Positions 38,648 to 50,858 of a stretch of DNA of 64,000 nt are shown piece by piece. Made by a program: the position numbers and the translations under genes. Within the stretch, counting starts at the first letter, position 1, and each line of letters begins with the position of its first letter. Under the pieces are notes generated by a model. It was not told where the DNA came from and did no database searches. It was given only the letters and a program-made list of their open reading frames with translations. The DNA comes from Microbotryum violaceum (lineage: Eukaryota): the NCBI GenBank assembly GCA_001244265.2, contig CDLV01000009.1, positions 496,001-560,000 on the forward strand, read 5' to 3'.

Positions 38648-41600
38648 TGATTAAGCACACCATCATCACCTGGAACGTGAGGAGGGGCATGGGGGTCCCG
38701 GAGAAACGACGTGACATTTACAACTACCTATCCCTTTTCAAAGCATCGGCCATTCTCATACAAGAGCACTTCATCAGACCGCACCTCTGGCAACTCATCA
38801 AGGACGAGTACGAGGGCAAGCTCTTCATCAACCAACATTGTCTGACTCTAATTCCGGCTGACTCCCCCTGATCGACGCCGAGCTCTTGCGCACCCACTCG
38901 GCACTCGACGGCCGGCTCCTCGTCACGTCCTTTCGTCTGCGGGGCGACATCAAAATTCTAGAAATCAACAACGTTTACGCGCCCGTTGACCCAAAGCAAC
39001 GAGCGAAATTCTTTGACAAACTCTTATTTCACAAAACACAGAAATCCCACCTCCGACTCCTTGGCGGTGATCTCAACGACTGCCCGCGCCCAGAAGTCGA
39101 TCGGCGGAACCAAAGTCGGCGCGGCCACCACTGGCCAATCCTGATCGGCAAGCTCGACTCGGCCTACACGGACTGCATCCGCTACAAACACCCATCACCC
39201 CATCCTTCACTCGACCTAATCCCAATCGCAAGCGACCCAACTCCTTCTCCCGGCTTGACTACTTTCTCCTGCAACGGACACACCAAAAAAGACTCGATCA
39301 GGCCTCGACGATCTACGACTATCCCAAGGAGCTTTCCGATCACCGACCGGTCTTGATTGTGCTGGCTCTCTCAGACGATCCTGATGCGACCCTCCCACAG
39401 CTCAGCCTACCTACCACATCAAACCAACTACATCGAATCAACACCACAACCTTTAAGACGGTGGAATTCCAGCGGATGATGGAAGGATGGTTGGAAGGGG
39501 CAAGCGGGGAGGAACCGGTGGGGAGCTCGAGGTCATCCTGAAGGCGTGCAGGGATAGGGGTGGGGAGATGGCGAGGAGGTTGCATCGGGAGCGGACGGAA
39601 CGGATGGAGTATTTGGTGGGGAGGGTGCAGATCTGGAGGCGATACCGGAATGGGGGGAGGCGGAAACGGCAGAATGGACAAGGACGTCCGAGGAACTCAA
39701 GCGGGCGGTCGAGGAGCGCGCGCGCCTACTCCGGATCCGAGCCCACGTACCCGAGATCGCCTCCGAGGAACGACTGTCGCGGCCGGTCCACGCCAAGCTC
39801 GCGGCGCGGAACTCGGACTCCAAGATCACAGCACTGCGCTTGAGCAACGGAGAGCTAACGCATGACATTGATGTCGCTCTTGACCACACGCAGGCGCATT
39901 TCCAGCGCCTCTACCACATCGAGCCTCGTGACCCGGACCGCGTCGACCGACTTCGGGACGATTTCCTCGCGCCGATCAGGGCGGCGCGGACTTGCGACGA
40001 CCCGCGCTCGGATCCTCTCTTTCTGCGCCGACTCTCGGAATCACAGAACGACTTACTCCAGCGACCAATCACCGAGGACGAGGTCGTGGCCGCGATCGGG
40101 ACGACGCACCCGGGGCGATCGCCGGGACCGTCGGGCGTGCCCTACGAACTCTACCAGACCGCACCCAAGGCGTGGGCCAAGGTGCTGACCAAGGCCTACA
40201 ACGCGATGATAGAGCGAGGCTCACTCTCTCCCAAGCAGGGCCAAGGACTCGTGCGCCTCATCTTCAAGCGACACAAGAAGAATGCTGATCGCGCCGAACT
40301 TTCGGCGTACCGGCCGATCACCCTGCGCGAGTGCGATTACAAGATCTTTACCAAGGTCTATGTCGCCCGTTTGAACCAAATTCTACCGGATCTCCTCCCG
40401 CCGCAGCAGCACGGATTCGTCAAGGACCGCCGATCGGCTGACGCTGCACTACACCTTCGTCTCCTGATCGAGGAAGTTGGCGCGCGCAGGACCGAGTTCC
40501 CCGCGGCCGCACTCTTATCTCTTGACCAATCGTCCGCCTACGACCTCGTCGAGCATGACTGGATCTTTGCCATCTTTGACGCTCTGGGCGCTCCTGCCAC
40601 CTTTCTTCGCGTGCTGAGGATGCTCTACTCGGGTGACTCGACCTCGGCCCGCTACATCATCAATGGGTTCTTGACGGCGCCGGTACGACTGACATGTGGG
40701 CTCGGCCAAGGGGACCCGGCGTCGTCGTCGTCGGTCTGGGACATCGTGTTTCAGCCGTTTCTGGATGCTCTACACCGTCGAAACATCGCGCTGAATCTCT
40801 CCATACCTGCACTTCATCCGTACCCACAGAGCCGCGCCATTACATCGCTTGCTTTTGCCGATGACGTTGTCGTCGCCGTCGCGGGCTTGGGGTCACTCAA
40901 CTTGCTCGATGACCTGGCGCTCGACTGGAGGCATGCAACGAATGGCCGGCTCAACACGGACAAGACGGTCGTCCTACCGATCGGACGCCGCTGGGACCCG
41001 GGGCAACGCCCGCTCGTCGTCAAGGCCGCAGGCGAGTCGCTCGAGTGGATCGGCCTCCCCTTCGACCCGAGCGGCGACACCGAACTCGCCTACGCGAATC
41101 TCATCGAACGCCTCGAGGCGACGCTGGAAGGGGTTCAGCATCGCTGGCTCACACACCACACCCGTGCCTTTTACGTCAATCGGTACGCCATCCCCAAGAT
41201 CCTGCACTTCCTTGCAGCCGACATCCCGCCGCCCGAAGTCGTCAAGAAGCTCGATGACATGCTCGTCGATTTCGTCCGTGGGGGCAAGGGCAGGACCAGC
41301 TACGGCAGAGATATCGTGTTCACAGCCAAGCTCAAGGGGGGACTCGGGGTGATCAGGATGCAGGACGTCGTGGACGCGGTTGCGGCACGGATCTGGGACG
41401 TTCTTCTCGGCGGTTCGGGCGCGATCTGGCAAGGACTTGCGCGCGTGGCACTCCAGCGAGCTCAGTCCGACCTCGACCTGGCCACCGATCTCTGGCCACA
41501 TCCATCCACTCCCATCCCCAGCGACCTCCATCCCCGATGGCGAGCAGCATTGGGGGTTCCGAAACAGCAAGACGCGCAGGTCAACCCGAGGACCTTGACC

Positions 41601-42663
41601 ACCGCGAACCTGCTCGCGCTTCCCACCTTGCTCGGCAGCCTCCACACCCCATCAGAGGGAGACAGACCATCGACGCGGTTCATATACCTGACTACCTTCG
41701 TCTCCAGGGCTACCCGAAGGTGGCGGATCTCTACCGGCGCGAGTTGTATGCGGGTGGGGGGTTTCACCTTTGGACGCCGCCGGCGGATGTGCTCGGCGAC
41801 AACAGCGAGTACGATCGACGCGGGCTCCCGCAGCGACTGGCAATCGCGGCCTGGTACCGGTTTACTGTCGATCGACACAAGAACACGCCCTTGGCGGTGG
41901 CGGTGGCGGCAGGACGGCTCAACGTGCCTCCCCGGATCGGCACCAGCGCACCGCTCGAGGCGATTCTCCCCAAGCCCGTGGCCCGCTTCGCAATGGAGCA
42001 GCGCCTTCCGGACCCGGTGCTTCCACAGCAGGCGAGCCAGTACAAGCTGCTGAACATGGCTCGACCGTACACCATCCGTCGCATCCGCCGGGTCCTGAAC
42101 GCGAAGGCCTTTACCAACACGCTCGGGCTCAAGGGACCACCGCAGCCGGACGACCTCAGGAGCTTTTGGAAGGCGGTCAACTCGAAGGCACTGACGGCGA
42201 GGGAGAGGGAAGTTTGGTTCAAGCTGATTCTCCGCTTCACCCCGACGCGCAAGCTGCAACACCAACAGAATCACGACACTTCTCCCGCGTGCCTCGTCTG
42301 CGAGGCGCCGGTGGACGACACCGACCACTACTTTTTCGACTGCGTTGACTCTGGGAACGTTTGGATCGCGGCAAGGAGCGTGCTCTGCGACGCACTGGGG
42401 CTCGACACGATCGACAACACGCATTACACGGCTGTTCAACGCATGTTCGGACTTCCGAAGCTCAAGGCCAGTCTACGCGATCAAGAAGGAGCGGGGAGGA
42501 CGATCGAAATATTCACCGGGCTGGTCTTGGAGATGATCAGCAGCGGGAGGTGGGGGATGCAGAAGTGGGGACGAAGATGGAGGGTGTTGTGAGGAGGAGG
42601 ATCATCTTGGAGGAGAGGTTGAAGCTGAGGGCGGGAGGAGCTTGGGGGAGGAGAGGGCAGTAG
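38647..42663 (+). CDS. LINE ORF2 (AP endonuclease, reverse transcriptase, zinc knuckle), six -1 frameshifts as assembled
   Basis: IITWNVR, LIQEH, NVYAP, GGDLN, SRLDYF, SDHRPV (APE). SPGPSG, YRPITL, QHGFV, DQSSAYD, GLGQGDP, FADD, KGGLG (RT). CLVC-X8-H-X4-C (knuckle). Confidence 0.93.
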
Positions 42664-44799
42664 AGGCTGGGTTCGACTTTCCCCCCACCACCACCACACA
42701 CACACACCAAATTCTCGTGACATCATTTTCTCCTACTGTACACTAAATAGATCGCTTTCATCTTTCATTTGTTACAGGTTCACCGTTGCGGATCATGGAC
42801 CATCTCGCGATTTGGCGTCGACTCGGTGTGGCTCGCGCTCTTCGGCTTCGGGGTTCTGAGTCAAGGGAGGGATCAGCGGACACAGGCAGAAAGTCGGCTT
42901 TGAGGGGCCAGGGACTGCCGATGGGGGAGGTTTTGAGGGACCTTCACCGCGTCTTGTTGTGACTGAGCAGAGACTTGGAGCGTCGAGGGTCGTGGTGGTT
43001 GCGCAGTCGTGCTCTTGTCTTCGTCTCGACCGAGTGGGAAGTGGCTGTGGGGTGGGCCTTCTGTCGTTAGTACATTTCTTTTCTTTCTTTTTTCTCTTCA
43101 TCTCTCTTTCTCTCTCTCATTAGTCTCCTGGGGGGGAGCAACCGCTTGGCTAGGGCATTTGAATCCGAATCTCGGATTGGTGGACTTGGCTCGTTTCTCG
43201 CACTTTTGCGGGCGGTTTGTGTTATCATCGTAGTCTTCCATCTAGTTTTTCCGTAGGCCAAAACAGGGGGAACAGGAACTGGGGGCAATATGATGAACGT
43301 TTTCTACAAAAAAAAAAAAACGGGACGCACCCTTGTCTCAATCCTTGCACCGTTATGCAGCAGAGAGAACGTTGAACTTAGATAGCCACCAAGACGTAAA
43401 TGAAACCCCCACTCGGATGGTAGTCTGCACGACCTTGCACGGCTTTTGGGCCACAGGCGACGACACGATCGCAGCGGCTCCTACTCTCCCACTGCATCAT
43501 ACAGAGCGATGCCCACATGTGCAAGCTAAGGTCATCCTTAGTGCCCTTCCATGCATGCAGACACCTCTTCTCACCCCTTAGTAGTACTAGGTAGCAAGAG
43601 TGCCCAGTCGCGCGTCCCCTTACTCCAAGTATGGCCTATGCGTGCGGGCCTTAGTATAGGCATCTGACATTGTCCTCGGCCGGCTGTTGTCAGTCTTGAG
43701 CATCATCACTTTTCACACCTTTCAAGATGAGTACCATCAACACGTTCGCGGTGACTAAAGCCTCTCTGCCCCATGGCCGATCGCGCAGCGCACGTCGCGA
43801 CCCACTCGTACCGCATGTTTCGACATGGGAAGGACGAGTGTCGGATCGGAACGCGCAACGAAGTACAGCCCTCTTCTTGGTTGTTGCTACCCCTATCCTG
43901 TGTGCTAACTTGCAATGCAGAATGTCAATGCGTCCAAGTTGAGATGTTATTCTCTTAGAATCACTCTAGGGACTCTTGAACTATGAAGTTTCCAACAACG
44001 CCCGAATTACTGATGGTGTTGGTTCTAAAAATCTTTCTCGGTTTGGGTGCTGCGCAAACCTGGCAGAGGGAGGTGTTATGGCGCTCCTCCGCTAGAGGTG
44101 CGATATATACTAGTGTACATTTTTATAACTCGTGTTATCTATTTCTTCTCCCAACGAAAGTCTGTAGCTCCCATTCACACCCAGCGAAAGACAATGAAAA
44201 GCGAACCTCCGAGCCGTCGGACAACAGACTAAAAGTGCAAGAAGCAATCTAAACCCCGGCGTATTCGTTTTCAAGCGACCTCTGACTGGAGATTAGCTAA
44301 GTATGATCAAACTAGCAGCATTCACGTGGGTTTGACTCGATGCGACGCCCTGACTCGACTGCGTCGGCGGCGATCACGTCACGCGACCTCTCCCCCGAGA
44401 AGCTGGTCCGTGCGAGCAAGCCCGGCTGTCTTAACCTTCGCAAGCGGCGGCGCGAGTCGAAACGGGCAAAGGTCGCCTCGTCTTACCCCACACCGTGGTC
44501 GTGTGTGCGCACACGAGTCACAAACTTTGACGAATCACCCAGTCGTCACTCGACAATCGCCAAGTGTGATTCAAGGTGGTCTGTTCCCGATACTTCCGCA
44601 GCGGCATCTGCCTACATCGCTCCGGTCCGACCCGTCTTCGCTCGCTCGCCTGGCTCTGGTACTCGTTCAACCCGGCCCCAGCTGTTCAGAAGCTAGCTGC
44701 CCAAGTGGAGGCCATCGCCGTGACGCCATTCCAAGTCACTCGTGCCCCTCCTGCAAGCGCAGCGCGGAATCTGCAACACAAATCCCGTGATCCAGCTGC

Positions 44800-47513
44800 A
44801 TGGCTGCACCTTCGTATCCACCAGCACCCCAAGGCTCGACGCGAGGACCGTCCAAGAAGGCCATCAAGAGAGCCCACGCCGCGCCGATCGCGACCATGAC
44901 TGCCAAAGCCAACCAGCCGCCGCCACTCGTTCGCAGCGGCAGCAAGCGACCGCGACCGTCCGAGTCGTCCTACAATGCGACCGACGTCGATGCGGAGCAG
45001 CAACCACCTGCAGCCGCGGTGAGGAAGGTTGTCGGCATGAAGGCAGTTGCTGCAGCGTCCAAGACGAGACCGTCCTCGATCACCGGCGACGGGAGCGCTT
45101 TCAAGAGGGGCATGTATCTCACCTTCATCGATGACGCCTTCAAGCGGAGACAACAGGTACGACGTACTGGCGAGCGCTGGGGTCAGAGTTGTCATGTGCT
45201 GACACGTGTGATCCAAAACTTCCACAGGGGCAGAACGAGCGTTACAAGGAGCTCATCGCCCAGTTCCTCGCCATCATCCCCTCGACTTCCTCCGCGCCGC
45301 ATGCGAGCTCATCCACCTCCACCTCGTCCTTTACATCGGCGGAAACATCGACAACGGCGTCGTTGCGCGTGTGGCTCGATGCGCTGACCCATATTGTCTC
45401 CAAACTCGACGCAACTCACGCCCCACTCGTCGAGACGATCCTCGCTGTACCGTGGGCGACGATGGACGACGGCTTTGTCACGGTTTACGTCAAGTTCATC
45501 AGCGCGCTCGTCTCGGCACGACCCGAATGGCTGCAAGCCGTCCTGAGCCCGTGTGTACAAGGGTTCAGCTACCGTGAGTCCTGACGTCACCCCCACATGA
45601 AGCCTCGCGGACTCATCCTCTGTCTCTGGCACGCAGGCTCGAAATACACCGTCGGCTCCCCAGCGGCGATGCCATCAATCACGCGGGGAATACTATACAG
45701 CCGACTCCACGCGATGCTCACCATGCTCCTCTCCCTGATTCCGACCCTCGCCCCTTCCCTCGCCCCCCTCCTGTCGATCCATTTCCCCGCCAAACGCGAG
45801 CCCAAGGTTGCGCAAATTTGCTACATCGAGAACCTGCTCGTGCTGAGCGAGTACTGCTCGGCTCTAACGGAAGACATCATGGGTTTGATCGTGGAGAGAG
45901 CGCTCAACATCGACGTCGAGATCCAGGGGGAACCTGATGATTGGGAGGACGCCGAGGAAGAGCTGCTCAGTGTTCAGCCGCGGGAGGACGAAGCGAACGT
46001 CAAGGAGGTCGTCGGTCGACTGATTGCCGAAGATGCGGATGCCTCGAGTGACGATGAGGACGAGGATGACGACGGTGATGCTTTCAACATGGAGGACCTC
46101 GACTCGGACGACGAACCAAACCCTATCAGCGACGACGAGGCGGCGAAAAAAGTTCGGTCAAGCGAGGGTATGTCGGTCGAGGCACTGCGCAAGATTCTCG
46201 AGCGGCGGACCAAACTCGACGCGATCCTCAAAGTCGTGCTCGACCACCTCGCCAATGCGCATGCCGAGGTACCCTCCTCCCCTCGGCCCCCTCTCACGAA
46301 CGAGGGCCTTGACTCGACCGAGACCACACCCACCCCTGAGACCCGACCGTCACAAGAAGTCGTGGAGCGACGACTCGCACTTTTTCGGTCGTTGCTCGAC
46401 ATCTTCGATCGCACGCTCCTGCGCACGTTCAAGACGCGCAACACGCAATTCATCCTCTTTTACCTGTGCTCTCTCGACGTCGCCTCGTCGGATCAGTTCA
46501 TCGGCGTGCTTCTGGGGCGAGCTTTGTTCCAGACGGATGCACCAGCGATCACTCGTGTGGCCGCCGCGGGATACGTCGCGAGCTTCATCAGTCGTGCCAC
46601 GTATGTCGACGCCAGCATGACGCGCAAGGTCGTCCATCACCTGTGCCGCTACCTCGAGACCTCCATGGAAGATTTTGCTGCGGCCTCGCGTGTCTCCACT
46701 GGACCCAAAGCCTCGGCAACATCGAGCGTGGCCATCGATCTGCCCGTCTTTTACGCCGTCACTCAAGCCGTCTTTTATATCTTTTGCTTCCGCTGGAAGG
46801 ACCTGATGGACGAAGGCGAGGAAGACGACCTCGTGCTCGAACCGGGCAGGAGGTGGATGTTGGGCCTCGAGACGATCAAAAAAGTCGTCGCTTCGAACTT
46901 TAATCCGCTAAAGGTGTGCGCTCAATCGATCGTGCAACAGTTCGCCACGATCGCAAACAAGACGAACTTTCTTTACTGCTGGTCCCTCATCGACTCGAAC
47001 CGTCGGTCTGGGGTACGCGACGCGAACGCACCTTCTGCTGCGACATCGTACGCGGTCCCTCACCTCAATCGACAAGCGCCTCCGCCTCCTTCCCGCTCCT
47101 CCGCAGCGTCGATTGCGTCCGCCGCTCCACGGCAGTTGCTCGTCGCAGAGGAAATGGATTCTTTCTTCCCCTTTGACCCTTTCAAGATGCCGCTTTCGTC
47201 CGTCTACATCGACGGCATCTACCGCGAATGGATCGATGACGACGCAAGCTCGTCTGAAGCGTCGTCCGACACTTCATCGTCCGAAGCGAGTGATTCCGAA
47301 GACTCGGCTAGCGATTGCGATCCTGTGTCGGATACGACGAGTGGGTGGGCCGTACCGGGCTTGTTGTCGACGAGTAGTGATCCGGCTTTGGATGCCGAGG
47401 TCGCGAGGTCGTTCGAGGCGATGAGTCTCAGTCTTTCTCCGCATCACGAATCGTTCGGAGGGCGTCGCAAGAAGGAAGAGGATCGACGGCCGGTCATCTC
47501 GAGTTTGGCTTGA
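44800..47513 (+). CDS. RRN3: RNA polymerase I initiation factor Rrn3 (TIF-IA)
   Basis: YLTFIDDAF, WLDALTHIVSKLD, HAMLTMLLSLIPT, IDVEIQ, KLDAILK, TFKTRNTQFILF, AAGYVASFISRA, FYAVTQAVFYIFCFRW, FNPLKVC, FFPFDP. Confidence 0.95.
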
Positions 47514-47968
47514 TCGGGCAGCACCCTTCCTGTCTTTATCCCCTTGTACCAGCACCGCATATTATGACCGCCTTATACGTTTGTGCTCCTTTAGTCATCA
47601 GCCACTTTTGGCTTCTCGTTTTTGCTTGTCTCTATCAATGATGTCTTGGGCCTTCTAGCAGCTTCACTCACTTTCCTCAGTCTCCTGTGCTTCCTTCTGC
47701 AAATTCACTCGTCACAGCTTTTGATGCACAGCCATCTGTACTTCGGATGTTTAAACTGTATTGGATTATTTACTAAGGGAAATGCCACGAGTGACGAGGG
47801 GCGTCCGCCCGCCCTCGTTCTAACAGAAGATGGCGGAAGCACAATCTAAGTTAGATGATCCGGAGATAAGACTCGTGGCTGCTGAGGAAGCGTATGTAAA
47901 GGAGGCACGTGAAGATATACCAAGAAAGGAGATAGAGACGCTCTATGGGGTCTAGGGAACAGCGCGGA

Positions 47969-49990
47969 CTATGCGACGGCATCGGGAGCGACGGCGACGA
48001 AACTGCCACGGGAGCCGTGTCGGGGGTGATGGGGTGGGTGAGCGCTGAAGATACCAAAGCAGACTGGATGAGCAGCAATTCCTTTCAAAGAGGGAGAAGA
48101 TCAATTATAGCTCACTCGATGACAATCTTGATGCGGCCGTCCTTCTGAGGGAATGCGTGGACGCAGTCCAACGAGGCTAATAATGGAGATGTCGCAAGCG
48201 ATGTCAACACGTCTTCAACTTCTTCTCAATGAATGAGATAAAGAACTACCTACGAACGATGTAGTGCGCTCCACTATCCGAAATCTTCTCGACCGGGTGG
48301 GACGTGCAGATGGCGATCGTTTTTGCGCCCGAGGAGACACCCGCTTTAATACCCGATGGCGAGTCCTCAAAGACGAGGCACTTCTCGACGGGGATGCCGA
48401 GCTCTTCGGCAGCCTAGAGTTGCGAAGGGATGGTCTGTCAGCATGCAGATGACATGTCCAGACGGAGATCCAGTGCTTCATGACTGACCAAGATGAACGG
48501 GTCGGGGTGGGGCTTGCCGCGCTTGAGCCTCGGGTCATCGGCAGTGATCGTCACGGCAGGTCGCTTGATCCCGGCGCGAGCAAGGGCTCCGTGGCAGTCT
48601 ATCACGGTCAATCGGACGTTTCAGGACGACAGATTAATCAATATCGCATTTTGGATGCAGCTTACAAGTCTTGGCACCTGAGGTGGCGACAGCATAACGA
48701 GCTTGAGGCAGGGAGGCGATCAAGCGGCGCACACCGGGCAGGATGCGGACAGACTTGTCTTGACAGCTACAGAGTCGGAAGAAAACACAGTTAATATTCT
48801 CATCATGTGGGTGATCGGATACGTTAGGGCATGACCGTCATGGTAGAACGCACCCAATCTCCTCTTCGGTGTATTCGCTGATGTCAAAGTCGTCGTCGGA
48901 CTCGTCATCATCATCGAAGGGCGATGTTAATTCAGCGAGGCGATCTCGGCTCGGCGCATCCCCGGTCGAAAGTCTGGCGAGCTTCGCATTGAGGGTGTCG
49001 AGGTTGGCACTGTCGTTGTTTGTTCCTAGGCCAGTATCCTCGGGACTTTCGGTGGCTTGAGGGGTCTGCATGACCGATGATCATCCCGTCAGATCAGTTT
49101 GAGCAAACCTTCGATGAGGATGCTCGAAACAGGGACTCACAGCGATCTTGCTCATGCCGAATTGACCACCGGCGAGACCAGACAAGAGAGGGTTCGGTCC
49201 TGACGAGTGGGAAGGTCGGCGACTCCCGGCATTGGAGCCACGTCGACTGTTGGACTGCGAGTTGCGGCGGCTGGACGCCTCGGAGCTCCGCCTTGAGCGC
49301 ACCTTGACGGAAAACTCGTCGGCTTCCCTGAGAATGCGCTTCTCGAACTGGTGATCGCACGGGCAGGAGGGTAAACGTGTCAGTTCACAAGACCAGGTAG
49401 AAAAGCCTGGCTCGAACGCGAGATGACCCAGCAGCACTCACCTCCTCGACGTGGGGTTCCATCTGCTCGTTCGTCAATCGACGGAGCTGGGGCTTGAGAT
49501 CGCGCAAGTTGTCGATCGCGCGACGTCCGTGAGTCGCGGCGATGACCTCGTCGGCGGGCTTGCCCAACTCTTCTGCGACCGAGCTCCATGCTGACTCTAC
49601 GGCGGCGATCGAATCGACCAATGTGCCTGTCGAGGATCAAATTCTTTGAGAGTAAGTGACATGGAAACAGAATCGATGGCCGAGGGATTGAGATTAGCGC
49701 CCGTCCGGGTCGCTGTCGCTAATCGAGTTGGGGTGTGAAGTCCCACGCTCGGGCGCGGTCATCATCGTCATGCCATCGATCCGTGCGCGCGCTCGCTCGC
49801 CCAAACGGCGAACGTTTCGACACAGAGCGCGCTGACTTTGCCGTAACGCTGGGGTGTTGTGTAAGTCGGTAGAGGGGAGATCAACACGACGAGACGTTTA
49901 AATCTAGTTCAACTCACCGTCCATGTCAAAGAGGATGCCCTCGACGTAGAACTCGGCGTGTTCGACGGGGTGTGTCGGCGAGAGCGACAT
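47969..49990 (-). CDS. HAD-superfamily phosphatase (glycerol-1-phosphatase/2-deoxyglucose-6-phosphatase-like)
   Basis: ILFDMDG|TLVDS (motif I), HGRR, ILPGV, VATSG (II), GKPHPDPF (III), LVFEDSPSGI (IV). The last exon and stop position are inferred. Confidence 0.88.
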
Positions 49991-50858
49991 CTCGAGCGCG
50001 GAAGGTTGTTTGGTGAGCTGCATGATCGGCTGTGCAGTGCAATCGCCGACAGAGACACGAGGCACAGGGCACAGGATTCAGGGCAAGAGTGTTCAGAATA
50101 GATCAGCACGAGTATCCCTGAGACCAGACTTTGTGGTGGGCGTTGTGGTGGGCGGGCGAGCAAGCAACAGCACGTGGAGCGTCGAGCTAATCGCAGCGAC
50201 CCGACGTGCTGGAACCCGGCGGAAGCGCCTCGAGCGCCGGCGCGTGTCCGAAAGACGGGTTTGGGCAGAGAGTGCAGGCGCGACAAGGCGAAGAGGACCC
50301 ATAATACTTACAAGCAAAGTTGTGATGGGGCGACTTGACAAATCAGGTTGTAGTCAGAGTTAAGGGGCCGGGCAAGAGAGCCGTCGAGCTGCCCGACGGT
50401 AGCGAAGGAAAATCGGCCAAACGCGAGGGCACCAGAAAATGGCGGAATGACGTAACGTCCGCCGAGCCAGGACGCTTGCGAAGCACCCTAAAGCCGACTG
50501 GATGGTCGAAACCCCGCACGCAGCCGCGGGAGCGGGTGTAGATTTCGGTCGAGCAGCGATCATACAACACGGCGAAATTGAAGTTCATCTGTCTATCGAT
50601 CACACACGCGGATCAATGGGATCGGCGCAGGTCCCTGAAAGCGACCCTCGGTGATCCTCCCGGCGACGTTGATAGTATCAATGGCGTTCTGCAGTGCTGG
50701 GCACAAAATATACGGGTACCGATGGGATGTCGTCCAGGGCTCCTTAAAAACCAAATTGTTATAATGCAATCAACTCCGCCCTAGCGACGGGAAAAAAAAT
50801 GAAAAATAATTCAATACGGACCCCTATAACGTTATCAGACGCTGCGCCGCGTGGGTCC

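Larger units (their letters stand above)
36211..43320 (+). mobile_element. Full-length non-LTR retrotransposon (L1/Tx1-like, APE endonuclease type); 5' boundary may be as far upstream as ~36186
   Basis: 5' (CACTT)n array, ORF1 with a Cys/His knuckle, ORF2 with APE + RT + C-terminal CCHC, ~640-nt 3' UTR, A13 tail at 43308-43320. Confidence 0.95.

Noticed and set aside
37680-42570. Programmed ribosomal frameshifting in the LINE ORFs
   Set aside because: Eight sites, none with a heptameric slippery sequence; all fit homopolymer deletion.
36185-43324. Target-site duplication of the LINE
   Set aside because: Only a 4-bp CGGG match (36185-36188 and 43321-43324) is visible, too short to distinguish from chance.
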